Assembly (NCBI GenBank): GCA_049512795.1
Contig: JBEKWT010000001.1
Location: forward strand, 892 to 64,891
Source: Terracidiphilus sp.
GTDB taxonomy: Bacteria; Acidobacteriota; Terriglobia; Terriglobales; Acidobacteriaceae
DNA length: 64,000 bases
Reading direction: 5' to 3'
Below the pieces are notes generated by a model. The model searched no databases. It was not told where the DNA came from and worked only from the letters and a program-made list of their open reading frames with translations. Shown here piece after piece: positions 9,483 through 19,024 of the stretch. The position numbers and the translations under genes are program-made. The number at the start of each line of letters is the position of its first letter. The stretch's first letter is position 1.

Positions 9483-10556
9483 TCAGGGATGCCTGTTTAT
9501 GCCCGGCGTCGAAATCGATGACGCCGCTACCTGATCGATCCGCGCTTTTTTATCCGTCGAAGCCCGGACCACAAGTTGAGGCTGAATGACAATGGTTTTG
9601 TTGCGCGGACGAGTTTTGGATTCGAGTAACGACAAGGTCAACCGCCCAGCACGCTCGCCGATGATGTCGGTCTGCTGGTCGATGCTCGATAGAGGAACGC
9701 GGAGTTCAGTGTCATAATGGAGGTTCCCCGATCCTATGACTGCGATGTCCGCCGGCACTCTTAAGCCGGCGTCGAGTATGGCATGAATTGCGCCAATTGC
9801 CATGGGATCGTTGTAGCAGAATATCCCATCGGGCCGAGGCTTCAGGGCCAGTAGCTGCCGCATCAATTCGGCGCCGCTCTCCCTGCTTTGCACGTCCACC
9901 AGCCGCGGCATCGACACATAACCCGCAAGGGAATCTAAGTTGTGCTTGGTCAGGGCAAGTTGATAGCCCTTCAGGCGTCCGGCCCCGGGGCTATTGTCAG
10001 GGCCGCGTAAATGAGCAATCCTCTCACACCCTACTTCAATGAGATGTTCTGTTGCCAGCAGTCCGATCGCCTCGTCATCGGTGCCCACATAATTGGCATC
10101 CAACCCGGTGAGCTTGCGGTCGATCAAAACCAACGGCAATCCCTGCTTTTGAATCCGTTCGAATACAGATGGGTTGGTGGATGAAGATGCGATAACGAGA
10201 GCATCCAATCGGCGGCCGAGGAGCCGATTGATCTCATGCGATTCCAGCTCGGCATCCTCTTCCGAGGTCGAGATTGTGAGACAATAGCCCTTCTTCAGAA
10301 GCGCCCTCGAAAGTGATTTTGCTACTTGGGCAAAAAATGGGTGCAACAGGTCGGGCACTATGAGCCCAACTAGATAAGTCTTGCCGGTAACCAACCCACG
10401 AGCAGCTAGATTTGGGGTGTAGTCAAGCTCTTTAACACGATCCAGAACTCTCTTTCGCGTCGCTTCGCTAATGTCTTCGTGGTTGCGGAGCACTTTGGAA
10501 ACTGTGACCACAGATACACCGAGGTCACGCGCGATATCTTTCATCGTTGTGGGCAC
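9483..10556 (-). CDS. LacI-family transcriptional regulator
   Basis: MKDIARDLGVSVVTVSKV HTH, YTPNLAARGL hinge, GLRVPADIAVIG. Confidence 0.95.
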   Translation of the reverse strand: MPTTMKDIARDLGVSVVTVSKVLRNHEDISEATRKRVLDRVKELDYTPNLAARGLVTGKTYLVGLIVPDLLHPFFAQVAKSLSRALLKKGYCLTISTSEEDAELESHEINRLLGRRLDALVIASSSTNPSVFERIQKQGLPLVLIDRKLTGLDANYVGTDDEAIGLLATEHLIEVGCERIAHLRGPDNSPGAGRLKGYQLALTKHNLDSLAGYVSMPRLVDVQSRESGAELMRQLLALKPRPDGIFCYNDPMAIGAIHAILDAGLRVPADIAVIGSGNLHYDTELRVPLSSIDQQTDIIGERAGRLTLSLLESKTRPRNKTIVIQPQLVVRASTDKKARIDQVAASSISTPGINRHP

Positions 10557-10751
10557 AATTTCTTATACCATAATCTGCTTAAAGTACGCGTTACCTGCAT
10601 CGTTAACTTTACTCGGGTTTCCAGACTGAGCGCCCTGACCCAGAGTTTCACGGATTCGTCATACGCGCTTGAATGCCTTTGATCCAGCGATTCTTTGCCG
10701 GCGCCGACGCGGGCGGCGAGCGCGACGCCGCCTCAGCGCCGCTTGCCAATT

Positions 10752-11594
10752 TCATACCACGCTGCGCCTCTTCTGCCGGCGATAGGCCAGTGGCGTGAGG
10801 CCGGTTTTGGCTCGGAAGCGGCGGTGGAAGTTGCTGAGGTTCTCGAAGCCCGCCATCAGCGCAACTTCGGAGATTGCGTAGGTAGTGGTCTCCAACAGAC
10901 AGGCGGCACGCCGGACGCGAAGCCCGAGAATCCACTGCGAGGGTGTCTGCCCAAGGTGGGTGCGGAACGACCGGCTCAAATGGGCTTCGCTGCAGCCGGC
11001 CATGCGCGCCAACTGCGCTGGACCCTGGTTAAGCTCCGCATCGTAACGGCTGAACTGTACCAGGGCGTGGTGCAGCCACGGTGGCACTGCAGTGGGTGAA
11101 ACCAACCCCACAGGTGCCTCAGTGAGCCGGGCGACGGAGAGCAGGAACCAATCGAGAGTGGCCTGAGTGCGAGGCTGGCTGAGCATCTCCGCAAAGAGGC
11201 TTGCGGCGGCGCGGTCGGTTGAGGGGTCCAAGGTCATGACCGGCGGCTCTGCGGCATGTTCGCTGAAGAAAGCCCGCTGTTGCCAGCCATAGCGCTGGCA
11301 CAGTTGCGCCCAGGATGCGGCCGAGAAAGCCACATTGACAAACACAAACGGTTCGCTGGAGAGTTCGGTGCGAAATCCGTGCTTGTCATTGGGCCTTACA
11401 AACACCATGTGCCCCGCACGCAGGGGGTATTCGCGCTCTGCGCACCAGTGCCAGCCGCTTCCCGAAGCTACGCGGAAGATCTCATAGTAGTCGTGGTAGT
11501 GGCGCACAACACCAGAAGCCGCCACATCATCCGATTGCGAAATATGACAAACCTCGCCTTGGGGCGAATAATCGATCCAACGAAAGAGACTCAT
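10752..11594 (-). CDS. AraC-family regulator with cupin sensor domain
   Basis: HYHDYYEI cupin; HLSRSFR..G, ISEVALMAGFENLSNFHRRFRAKTGLTP. Confidence 0.93.
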   Translation of the reverse strand: MSLFRWIDYSPQGEVCHISQSDDVAASGVVRHYHDYYEIFRVASGSGWHWCAEREYPLRAGHMVFVRPNDKHGFRTELSSEPFVFVNVAFSAASWAQLCQRYGWQQRAFFSEHAAEPPVMTLDPSTDRAAASLFAEMLSQPRTQATLDWFLLSVARLTEAPVGLVSPTAVPPWLHHALVQFSRYDAELNQGPAQLARMAGCSEAHLSRSFRTHLGQTPSQWILGLRVRRAACLLETTTYAISEVALMAGFENLSNFHRRFRAKTGLTPLAYRRQKRRSVV

Positions 11595-11670
11595 AGATCA
11601 AATTTCTACACTTTTTTGTTGAAAGTGTGCAAGACTGTTTTGCTGGCGATCTGTCAACGTAAGGCTAACC

Positions 11671-12522
11671 ATGAGTGACGTTTCCGCTTCGCCTTCCCCT
11701 TCTCTTACTTCCGGCCGCCTCGACCCCGCACTGGTCGAGACCTATCGCCGCGAAGGCTACGCGATCTTCGACCAGCCTGTTCTGGATCCGACCGAATTCG
11801 CCGCCCTGCAACAGTGCTTTGACCGCATCCTGTCGGAGCTTCCTGCCACTGAGCGCCCGGAGGCCCTCGATGTGCCTCACTTCATGCATCCGGAGTTGAT
11901 GCGCTGGGCCTTCCAGGATGCCATTCTGGATTTGGTGACGCCCCTGCTGGGTCCCGACTTGGCTCTCTTTTCCACCCATTTCATCTGCAAGCCGAAGGGA
12001 AACGGCAGGCGGGTTCCCTGGCATGAAGACTCCGCGTACTGGGGGCGCCGCATCGTTCCCATGGAAGTCTGCACCATTTGGCTGGCGCTTGACCCCTCCA
12101 CCCGCGAGAACGGCTGCATGATGGTCATTCCGCGAACGCATCTCGGCGAGCGCGCAGGCTTTTCCGACTATGGGCAGGTGGATGCAGAGCGCAACGTATT
12201 TCCCACAGAGATCGTGCGCCCGCAGCGCGATGAGTCGAAGCGCGTTTACATCGAGTTGCAGCCCAATCATTGTTCCCTGCACGACGCCAAGATTCAGCAT
12301 GCATCTGAACCCAATACGTCCAATCTGCGCCGTTGTGGTTGGACGATGCGCTTTTGTCCCACCAGCGTGCGTTTCAACCAGGAGCTCTTCGATGGCTGCC
12401 ACCAGGTCTACCTGGCGCGAGGCGTAGACAAGGGCGGCAATGTGTATGCCGATCCCACGCGCAGCTACCCGGAAGTGATGGCCAAACGCGGCATGTCCAG
12501 CTTTTACCGGGGAGCCCACTAG
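11671..12522 (+). CDS. PhyH (phytanoyl-CoA dioxygenase) family Fe(II)/2-oxoglutarate oxygenase
   Basis: WHED (HxD), TIWLALD...ENGCM.VIP.TH, distal His in IQHAS, NTSNLRR. Confidence 0.9.
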   Translation: MSDVSASPSPSLTSGRLDPALVETYRREGYAIFDQPVLDPTEFAALQQCFDRILSELPATERPEALDVPHFMHPELMRWAFQDAILDLVTPLLGPDLALFSTHFICKPKGNGRRVPWHEDSAYWGRRIVPMEVCTIWLALDPSTRENGCMMVIPRTHLGERAGFSDYGQVDAERNVFPTEIVRPQRDESKRVYIELQPNHCSLHDAKIQHASEPNTSNLRRCGWTMRFCPTSVRFNQELFDGCHQVYLARGVDKGGNVYADPTRSYPEVMAKRGMSSFYRGAH

Positions 12523-12523
12523 A

Positions 12524-13351
12524 TTGCGGGTAATCTTCGCCAAGGCCAATTGGGAGGCGCGGGAACTCCCCTTGCTGGAGTTTCTGAGCCGCGCCCGAAG
12601 TGAGGGGTTCTCCGCCACCGAAATCCTGATTCCAGCACTCAGCGAGTCACCGGAGCAGATTCGCGAATTCCACGCAGCCGCGGGCCTCGAGCTGGTGGCG
12701 CAGATCGCGACGGCCGGCGCCACCCCCTGTGAGCACGCCGCCAGCATGAGACAGTGCTATCGACATGCGGTCGAATGCGCTCCCTTGATCGTGAACTGTC
12801 ACACCGGGACCGACTACTTTACGTTTGAAGAGAACCTGGTTCTCTTTCGTTTGTCGCTCGAACTGGAACAAGAGTTCGGTATTCCTATCTGTCACGAGTT
12901 ACATCGCGGGCGCGCACTGTACAACGCTCCGGAGACCCTGCGCATCCTGCGCGAGCTGCCCCAGCTGCGTATCAATGCCGATTTTTCCCATTGGCAGGTT
13001 GTGCATGAGTCCGACGACTTGCAGGCGCATTGCGAAGCTGTTCAGATGGCGATTGATCGCGCGTGGCACATCCACGCTCGCGTCGGCTTCAGCCAGGGAC
13101 CACAGGTTCCCGATCCAAGAGCTCCCGAATGGGCGCCGCAACTTGCAATTTGCGTGGCCTGGTGGCAACGAATACTCGATGCTCGCCGGACGCAGGGGAC
13201 GAACTTCCTCACGGTGACGCCGGAGTTCGGACCTGAGCCGTACATGCCGATGGTGCCGCATGTTCGCCGGCCTGTCGCGAATGCCTGGGAGATCAATTGC
13301 TGGATGCGTCGTTACCTGTCCGGCGTCCTTGTGAATCCAGCCGCAGGCTGA
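12524..13351 (+). CDS. Sugar-phosphate isomerase/epimerase (xylose isomerase-like TIM barrel)
   Basis: CHELHRGR, NADFSHW.VVHES, HIHARVG, TPEFGP.PY; TTG start 1 nt after the PhyH stop. Confidence 0.8.
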   Translation: MRVIFAKANWEARELPLLEFLSRARSEGFSATEILIPALSESPEQIREFHAAAGLELVAQIATAGATPCEHAASMRQCYRHAVECAPLIVNCHTGTDYFTFEENLVLFRLSLELEQEFGIPICHELHRGRALYNAPETLRILRELPQLRINADFSHWQVVHESDDLQAHCEAVQMAIDRAWHIHARVGFSQGPQVPDPRAPEWAPQLAICVAWWQRILDARRTQGTNFLTVTPEFGPEPYMPMVPHVRRPVANAWEINCWMRRYLSGVLVNPAAG

Positions 13352-13567
13352 ATCCCTATTTGATTTTGGCCGGCGTCGCTTGAAGCGGGAAGGATTGTGC
13401 CAGAATCGACAGACGCGAGAGCCCGAGATCTTTCAACTTACCGTTTGTACAGTTTTGGGGCTTTTGGGTCAAAAGAGCCGCACTCGATTCCTAAGTTCCG
13501 ATCGGGACACCGATTGTGATTGCTCTCAACGTTTCGATCTTGAGCCATGGGGTCGGCCAGAAGAGGA

Positions 13568-13597
13568 GGCACGGAGGAGACTGATCTCCTCCGTGCC
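13568..13597 (-). terminator. Stem-loop downstream of the TonB receptor gene
   Basis: GGCACGGAGGAGA-CTGA-TCTCCTCCGTGCC, a 13-bp perfect stem; the pyrimidine tail is weak. Confidence 0.65.
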
Positions 13598-13604
13598 GGT
13601 TGGG

Positions 13605-16600
13605 TTAGAAGGTGAACTTTCCGCTCAGCTGGACGGTCCTGTTGCTGCCGGCGGTGCTGTTAATCACGCCAAAATTTGGCGCGGTGGATTGCCCATTGTT
13701 GGGGGCGCTGTAAGCGGAGTTCGGCTGTCCCCAGATGGCCAGGTTGAGGGTGTTGAAGGTGTCAAAGGTGAACTTCGCGGCATAGCGGTCCTTGAATCTG
13801 ACTTCCTTGAAGATCGACATGTCGGTGCCTTTGTAGAATTGGGTGCGCAGGTTGTTGCGTCCAGTGGCGCCGTATGTATATGGCGCAGGATCGGAGAAGG
13901 CGCTGTAGTTGAGCCAGCTTTGCACGGTTTGATTGGCAGGCTTAACCGAGCCCACAATGTTGGGACGTATGTACGGCCACCACGGGACACTGCCGATGTT
14001 GGCGATGTCGGCCGCGTCGGTGACGTCGTAGGGGGTGCCGCTATGGAACTTGGCGAAGCCGCTGTATTGCCAACCGCCCACCAGGAGATCCAGCGCCCTG
14101 TTGTCCACATTGAGCGCCTTGCCGCGTCCAATCGGAAATGCATAGTTCCACGTGAGCACAAGGTTCTGTGGCACGTCAAAGGCGGAAACGCTCCGCTCCG
14201 CGCGGATGTTGTATATCTGCTGAACGTTGCAACCCTCAGAGCCGAAGAAACCCGAGCAGCCTTCGTCGATCGACTTGGACCAGGAGTAAGCCGCCGTGGC
14301 CGCCAACCCACTGCGGAAGCTTCTGGTCAACTGCACTTGAAAGGCGTTGTAGTCCCCATTTCCCTTGCTCAGCGAGTAGAAGGTGGGGGTGATGTACGGG
14401 TAGGGGTCGCGCAGCGCCGGATTGCCCGGGCCGGGCGTCAACGCCGTGTTGTAGAAATCGCCAAAGTTTAGGCGCCTGTTGACCGATCCAACATAAGTTG
14501 CCGAAACCACGGTAGCGGTATCCAACTGGCGCTGCACGCCGAAGTTCCACTGCAGCGAATAGGCATCCTTCATTTTTGGATCGACGAACCAGTTGAACTG
14601 ATCAAACGGAGTTGGAGCGGGGAACGCCGTCATAGCGGGAAGGTTCATGGTCGTATAACCGGGGAAAGCCGTCGTGGCGTTGGGGAAGTTGATGTTGGAC
14701 TGCGCCACCTGGCCAACGGAAGGCCAGTTGCCGCTCACGCCGCGCAGGTTCTGCACCAGGGCGGCGTAGTTATCGAAGGCGACGCCGATACCGCCGTGAA
14801 TCACCGTGACTGGAGTGATGCGGTAGGCCGCGCCGATGCGTGGCTGGAAGTTGTTGTACTGGTTCTCGAGGACCTTGCCATCCCGGCTGGCGACGACGTC
14901 CGTCGGAAGCGCGCCGTTCGGAGTTGGAATGCAGGGCGCGTTGCCCAGGGTCGCGCAGGACCCGGGAACCTTATAGACAACGTAAGTTCCGTTGTTGAAG
15001 TCGAAGTTGCCCACGTCCTGGTTGTTTTGCGCCGGCGTGCCGTATTTGGGAATCAGGGCCAGATCGTAGCGCATGCCCAGATTGACCGTCAGTTTGGGCG
15101 TCACCTGCCACTGGTCCTGGCCATAGTAGCCCATGATTCCGCCGGGCGAAAGGGACTCGTCAACGTTGCGCTTGGTAAAACTGTCTGGATAGCCAAGAAC
15201 AAAAGAGGCCACGCCGTTTCCCGTGGTTGAATCGTTTTGATTGCTGGCAGTCTCGGCATTTGCGAAACTCAGCTGCGACCACTCGATGGTCTGGGCTTCT
15301 CCGATGCCGTTATACTCGGCGCCGAATTTGAACGTGTGCCTGCCCATGAGATGGGTATAGTCCCCCTTGACCGACCAACTGTCGGCGGTAACTTCCGAGT
15401 TGTCGTCTTCGCCGTACTCGGAGACCTCGTTCTGAATGGAGATGCCGGGAATGATGGTTCCCAAGGTGGTAAAGCCGGTATCGAATTGCTTGGGGAAACC
15501 GGCCTGGGCATCGATGTCCGAGGGAACGTTGTTGTAGCGCCAGTCCTGCGGACGCGATTCATAGGTTCTTCCGCCCTGCACGTGCAGCACGCTGGCCGCG
15601 CTGAAGGTGTGCGTGTAGCTGCCGACATACGAGTAGGCGTTGGTCGAGACCACTGCGGGAAGCTGCGTGCGGCCGCTGTTTTGATTTCCCTTCAGCGCCA
15701 TGTAACGGAAGAAGGCCGAGTTGTTGGCGCCGAGGTTCTCGTCGATGCGGGCGTCGTAGGTGTAGAGGTCTTGCGTATTGGGCGCGTTCTGGAAAGTGTT
15801 GGAGCCTGGAGGGGCGCCCGCGAGGCCCGCGGCCGGCCAGATATGCTCCGCATAATAAACGTTGCCCGCGGCGATCCGTTTCGGATCGATCGTATTCTTT
15901 ACGCCGTTGTAGGAGAATTGCTGCCGGGTGCAATTCAGGTTGACGTCGCAGGTTGTGGTCAGGGGATCGTAAATCGGAGCATCCGCCCTGAAATCGCCGG
16001 AGAGTTCCGCCGTGGTGGGAACGAGGGCGCTCCAGGTTCCCGGTCCTGAGTAGCGCAGGTCTTCATAGCCGGCAAAGAAGAAGGTCTTGCCCCTGCCATG
16101 GTAGAGCTTGGGAATGACCACCGGACCGCCGATGGTTCCGCCAAATTGATTCTGCGTAAACGGAGTCTGCGGCGTGCCCTTGGGAGTGAAATACTGCTCC
16201 GCCTGCATGCCGTTGGTCTTGCTGAACTCCCAGGCAGATCCGTGCAGGGTATTGGTGCCGCTCTTGGTAGAGACGTTGATGGTGCCGCCGCTGCTGCCGC
16301 CAAACTCGGCAGAGTCGTTGTGCGATTCCAGCTTCATGTTCTCGATGTAATCGATACCGGGCTGGACTGCATAAGAGTTGCCGAAGGTCTCCACATCCAG
16401 AATCCCGTCGACGAGGAACAGGTCGCTGCGATTGGTCTGTCCGTTAAAGGATGGGATCGTGCCGGGGCCGATGGCGGTTGTGTATTGCATCGTCTGGCTG
16501 CCGCTGACAACGATAGGCGAAATGCCGGGAGCCGCAATGAACAGTTGGGTAAAGTTGCGGCTGTCCAGCGGCAGGTCGGCGATCTGCTTTGCTTCCAGGG

Positions 16601-17093
16601 TCATGGCGAGCTCTGTAGTTGAGGCTTCGATCTGGTTGCCCACAGCTTGCACCTGGACAATCGTGTCTACACCGCCGACCGAAAGGGCAAAGTCCAGGGT
16701 GCTGGTCTGGTTGACCTCCAAAACGAACGGCTGCAGCTTCTGTGAGGCAAAGCCTTGGCTGGAGGCCTCCAGCGTGTAGGTGCCGGGATTGATGTTGAGG
16801 ATGATGTAGTCGCCCGTGCTGTTGGTGGTGGTCTGGGCGACAACGTGCGTCGCCACATTGACGAGGCTTATTCTGGCGCCCACGATCACTGCATTGGACG
16901 TATCGCGAACGGTGCCGCGGACGACGGCTTGAGAAGTTTGGGCGTGAGTGGAAACCGTGCAAACAGCCAAAAGGATCAGGCCGAGCGCAACACTGCTCAG
17001 ACAGCCCCGCAGTTTTCCTGCAATCCGGCTATGGCAATCCAGCCTACGGTAAGCGTTTACTGCGGAAGACAGACACATCGCAGCTTCTTTCAC
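13605..17093 (-). CDS. TonB-dependent receptor (Oar-like, N-terminal carboxypeptidase-regulatory-like domain)
   Basis: Signal peptide, GTVRDTSNAVIVGA, LPLDSRNF, TKSGTNTLHGS, QNQFGGTIGGP, C-terminal QLSGKFTF. Exact start uncertain. Confidence 0.92.
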   Translation of the reverse strand: MKEAAMCLSSAVNAYRRLDCHSRIAGKLRGCLSSVALGLILLAVCTVSTHAQTSQAVVRGTVRDTSNAVIVGARISLVNVATHVVAQTTTNSTGDYIILNINPGTYTLEASSQGFASQKLQPFVLEVNQTSTLDFALSVGGVDTIVQVQAVGNQIEASTTELAMTLEAKQIADLPLDSRNFTQLFIAAPGISPIVVSGSQTMQYTTAIGPGTIPSFNGQTNRSDLFLVDGILDVETFGNSYAVQPGIDYIENMKLESHNDSAEFGGSSGGTINVSTKSGTNTLHGSAWEFSKTNGMQAEQYFTPKGTPQTPFTQNQFGGTIGGPVVIPKLYHGRGKTFFFAGYEDLRYSGPGTWSALVPTTAELSGDFRADAPIYDPLTTTCDVNLNCTRQQFSYNGVKNTIDPKRIAAGNVYYAEHIWPAAGLAGAPPGSNTFQNAPNTQDLYTYDARIDENLGANNSAFFRYMALKGNQNSGRTQLPAVVSTNAYSYVGSYTHTFSAASVLHVQGGRTYESRPQDWRYNNVPSDIDAQAGFPKQFDTGFTTLGTIIPGISIQNEVSEYGEDDNSEVTADSWSVKGDYTHLMGRHTFKFGAEYNGIGEAQTIEWSQLSFANAETASNQNDSTTGNGVASFVLGYPDSFTKRNVDESLSPGGIMGYYGQDQWQVTPKLTVNLGMRYDLALIPKYGTPAQNNQDVGNFDFNNGTYVVYKVPGSCATLGNAPCIPTPNGALPTDVVASRDGKVLENQYNNFQPRIGAAYRITPVTVIHGGIGVAFDNYAALVQNLRGVSGNWPSVGQVAQSNINFPNATTAFPGYTTMNLPAMTAFPAPTPFDQFNWFVDPKMKDAYSLQWNFGVQRQLDTATVVSATYVGSVNRRLNFGDFYNTALTPGPGNPALRDPYPYITPTFYSLSKGNGDYNAFQVQLTRSFRSGLAATAAYSWSKSIDEGCSGFFGSEGCNVQQIYNIRAERSVSAFDVPQNLVLTWNYAFPIGRGKALNVDNRALDLLVGGWQYSGFAKFHSGTPYDVTDAADIANIGSVPWWPYIRPNIVGSVKPANQTVQSWLNYSAFSDPAPYTYGATGRNNLRTQFYKGTDMSIFKEVRFKDRYAAKFTFDTFNTLNLAIWGQPNSAYSAPNNGQSTAPNFGVINSTAGSNRTVQLSGKFTF

Positions 17094-17181
17094 TTTTTTG
17101 CCTCCTCCATTTTGGACAAAGTTGATCTCGCCTTAGGAACGCCCTCGTTTCATCGATCGCAGCGTTCGCCAAAATTTATCG

Positions 17182-17215
17182 CGGTAACTTTAACGCATAC
17201 TTAAAGCCTTGTCAA
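17182..17215 (-). promoter_or_regulatory. Sigma70 promoter of the TonB receptor with an operator over the -10
   Basis: Minus strand TTGACA (17215-17210), 17-nt spacer, TAAAGT (17192-17187). The overlapping CGGTAACTTTAACG resembles the 7418 operator. Confidence 0.65.
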
Positions 17216-17623
17216 TACTTATTTTTGCCCATATTTTGCCGAATTTGCTTTTCTTTACCGCTTACGTTATACATTCAACCACAACGGATGCGCGAGGATC
17301 GAATCGGTGTTTGTGTCGGCGCTGTTCGGCGCGCCTCTCCAAAGCGCGGAAGTGGAATGCGAGATGGATGCGGCGAAGCAGAATAAGCGTTTGCGAGGCA
17401 CCTTTCCTACCAAATCGCTCCAATTTAACCTGCCTCTTGCCCCGCTCGCTGCCTGCAATTGCCCCAGGGGCGTGCAGAGGGGCCGGCGGGGGTGGCCATA
17501 GCACACCAAACACAATTACCCGTCGCATTTGCCTCCCCCTGCATTGCACACGGAAGCACGGAATCCGAAAATGAAGGCTCGAAGGTTGTGCATCATGATT
17601 CTTTTCAGATTGTCGAGGGCGTT

Positions 17624-18979
17624 ATGCTCAGCGTAAATATCACCCCATCTTCAAAAAGCACCTCCTCCGCTTCCTTACCGCTCTTTGCCTCTGGCGCATT
17701 GATTCCTTTCGCCCTGGTGACCGCTCTCTTCTTCCTTTGGGGCATTCCCAACAACCTCAACGACATTCTCATCCGCCAGTTCATGAAATCCTTCGCCATC
17801 ACCCGTCTGCAGGCCGGACTAGTGCAGTCGGCCTTTTATATGGGCTATTTTTTGCTGGCGCTGCCCTCGGCGCTCTATATGCGCCGGATGGGCTACAAGG
17901 CCGGCTTCGTGACCGGCCTGATCCTCTTTGGTCTGGGCACCTTTCTCTTTTGGCCAGCGGCCATGGTGGGGCACTACTCCTTCTTTCTCTTCGCTCTTTT
18001 CGTCATGGCCAGCGGCCTGGCATTTCTGGAGACCGCCTCCAATACCTTCATCGCCCTTTCCGGCTCCCCCGAAACCGCCGAGCGCCGCCTGAATTTCTCC
18101 CAGGCATTCAATCCCCTCGGCTCCATTACGGGCGCCCTGGTTGGAACTGCCTTCATCTTTTCCGGAGTGGAGTTGAGCGCCGCAGCGGTGGCCAAACTGC
18201 AGGCCAGCCACCAATACGAGGCCTACCTGCACTTTGAGACGTTGCGCGTAGTCCAGCCTTATATTGTGCTGGGGCTGGTGGCCTTCCTCTTTGCCTTCGC
18301 CATCTGGAGAACGCCTTTCCCGGTCTTGAGAGATGAGGAAGACGCCGCCTCCGCGCCCAGTTCAGGCATCGGCAAGCTGCTCCGAAACAGGCACTTGCTT
18401 CTCACCGTTCTGGCCCAGTTCTTTTATGTGGGCGCGCAGGTGGGAACCTGGAGCTACTTCATCCAGTACATCCAGGACTACACCGGGCAGCCGGAGAAGA
18501 TGGCGGGCTACTTCCTTACCGGCACGTTAGCCATGTTTGGCATCGGCAGGTTCAGCGCGGCGGCGCTGATGAAGTATGTGCGCCCCGCCACGTTGATGAC
18601 CCTCTACGCCCTCATCAACATCGTCTTCGTGACCATAGCCGTTCTTCACCCCGGCTGGGTCGGCGTATGGTCGATCTTCCTCACCAGTTTCTTCATGTCG
18701 CTGATGTATCCCACCATCTTCGCGCTGGGTGTGCAGGGTCTTGGGGTGGACTCCAAGGTGGGCGGATCGCTGATCGTGATGGCCATCATCGGCGGCGCCG
18801 TGCTGACGCCTCTGATGGGCATCATCTCAGACCAGACAAAGAGCATCGCTTTCGCCTATGGCGTGCCGCTGGTGGGATACGCCTACATCGGCTGCTATTC
18901 CTTCTTTGCCAACCGCCGAACGTTCGCCGCTGAGATGATGCCGCGCGGCGAGGAATGCGTCGCGACCATCGAGCCATAG
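17624..18979 (+). CDS. fucP: FucP-type MFS sugar:H+ symporter
   Basis: LFFLWG.PNNLNDILI.QF, LVQSAFYMGYF, LETASN, RRLNFSQAFNPLG, AQFFYVGAQVG.WS, MSLMYPTIF. The actual substrate is not established. Confidence 0.88.
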   Translation: MLSVNITPSSKSTSSASLPLFASGALIPFALVTALFFLWGIPNNLNDILIRQFMKSFAITRLQAGLVQSAFYMGYFLLALPSALYMRRMGYKAGFVTGLILFGLGTFLFWPAAMVGHYSFFLFALFVMASGLAFLETASNTFIALSGSPETAERRLNFSQAFNPLGSITGALVGTAFIFSGVELSAAAVAKLQASHQYEAYLHFETLRVVQPYIVLGLVAFLFAFAIWRTPFPVLRDEEDAASAPSSGIGKLLRNRHLLLTVLAQFFYVGAQVGTWSYFIQYIQDYTGQPEKMAGYFLTGTLAMFGIGRFSAAALMKYVRPATLMTLYALINIVFVTIAVLHPGWVGVWSIFLTSFFMSLMYPTIFALGVQGLGVDSKVGGSLIVMAIIGGAVLTPLMGIISDQTKSIAFAYGVPLVGYAYIGCYSFFANRRTFAAEMMPRGEECVATIEP

Positions 18980-19024
18980 GCACTCCGATTCAATCCTTTA
19001 TCCGCAAGCAAGAGGAGGGCATTC

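Noticed and set aside
13380-14471. Long antisense ORFs (also 33830-35203, 44259-45359, 60703-61905, 11665-12747)
   Set aside because: All overlap well-supported genes on the opposite strand and lack recognisable domains.
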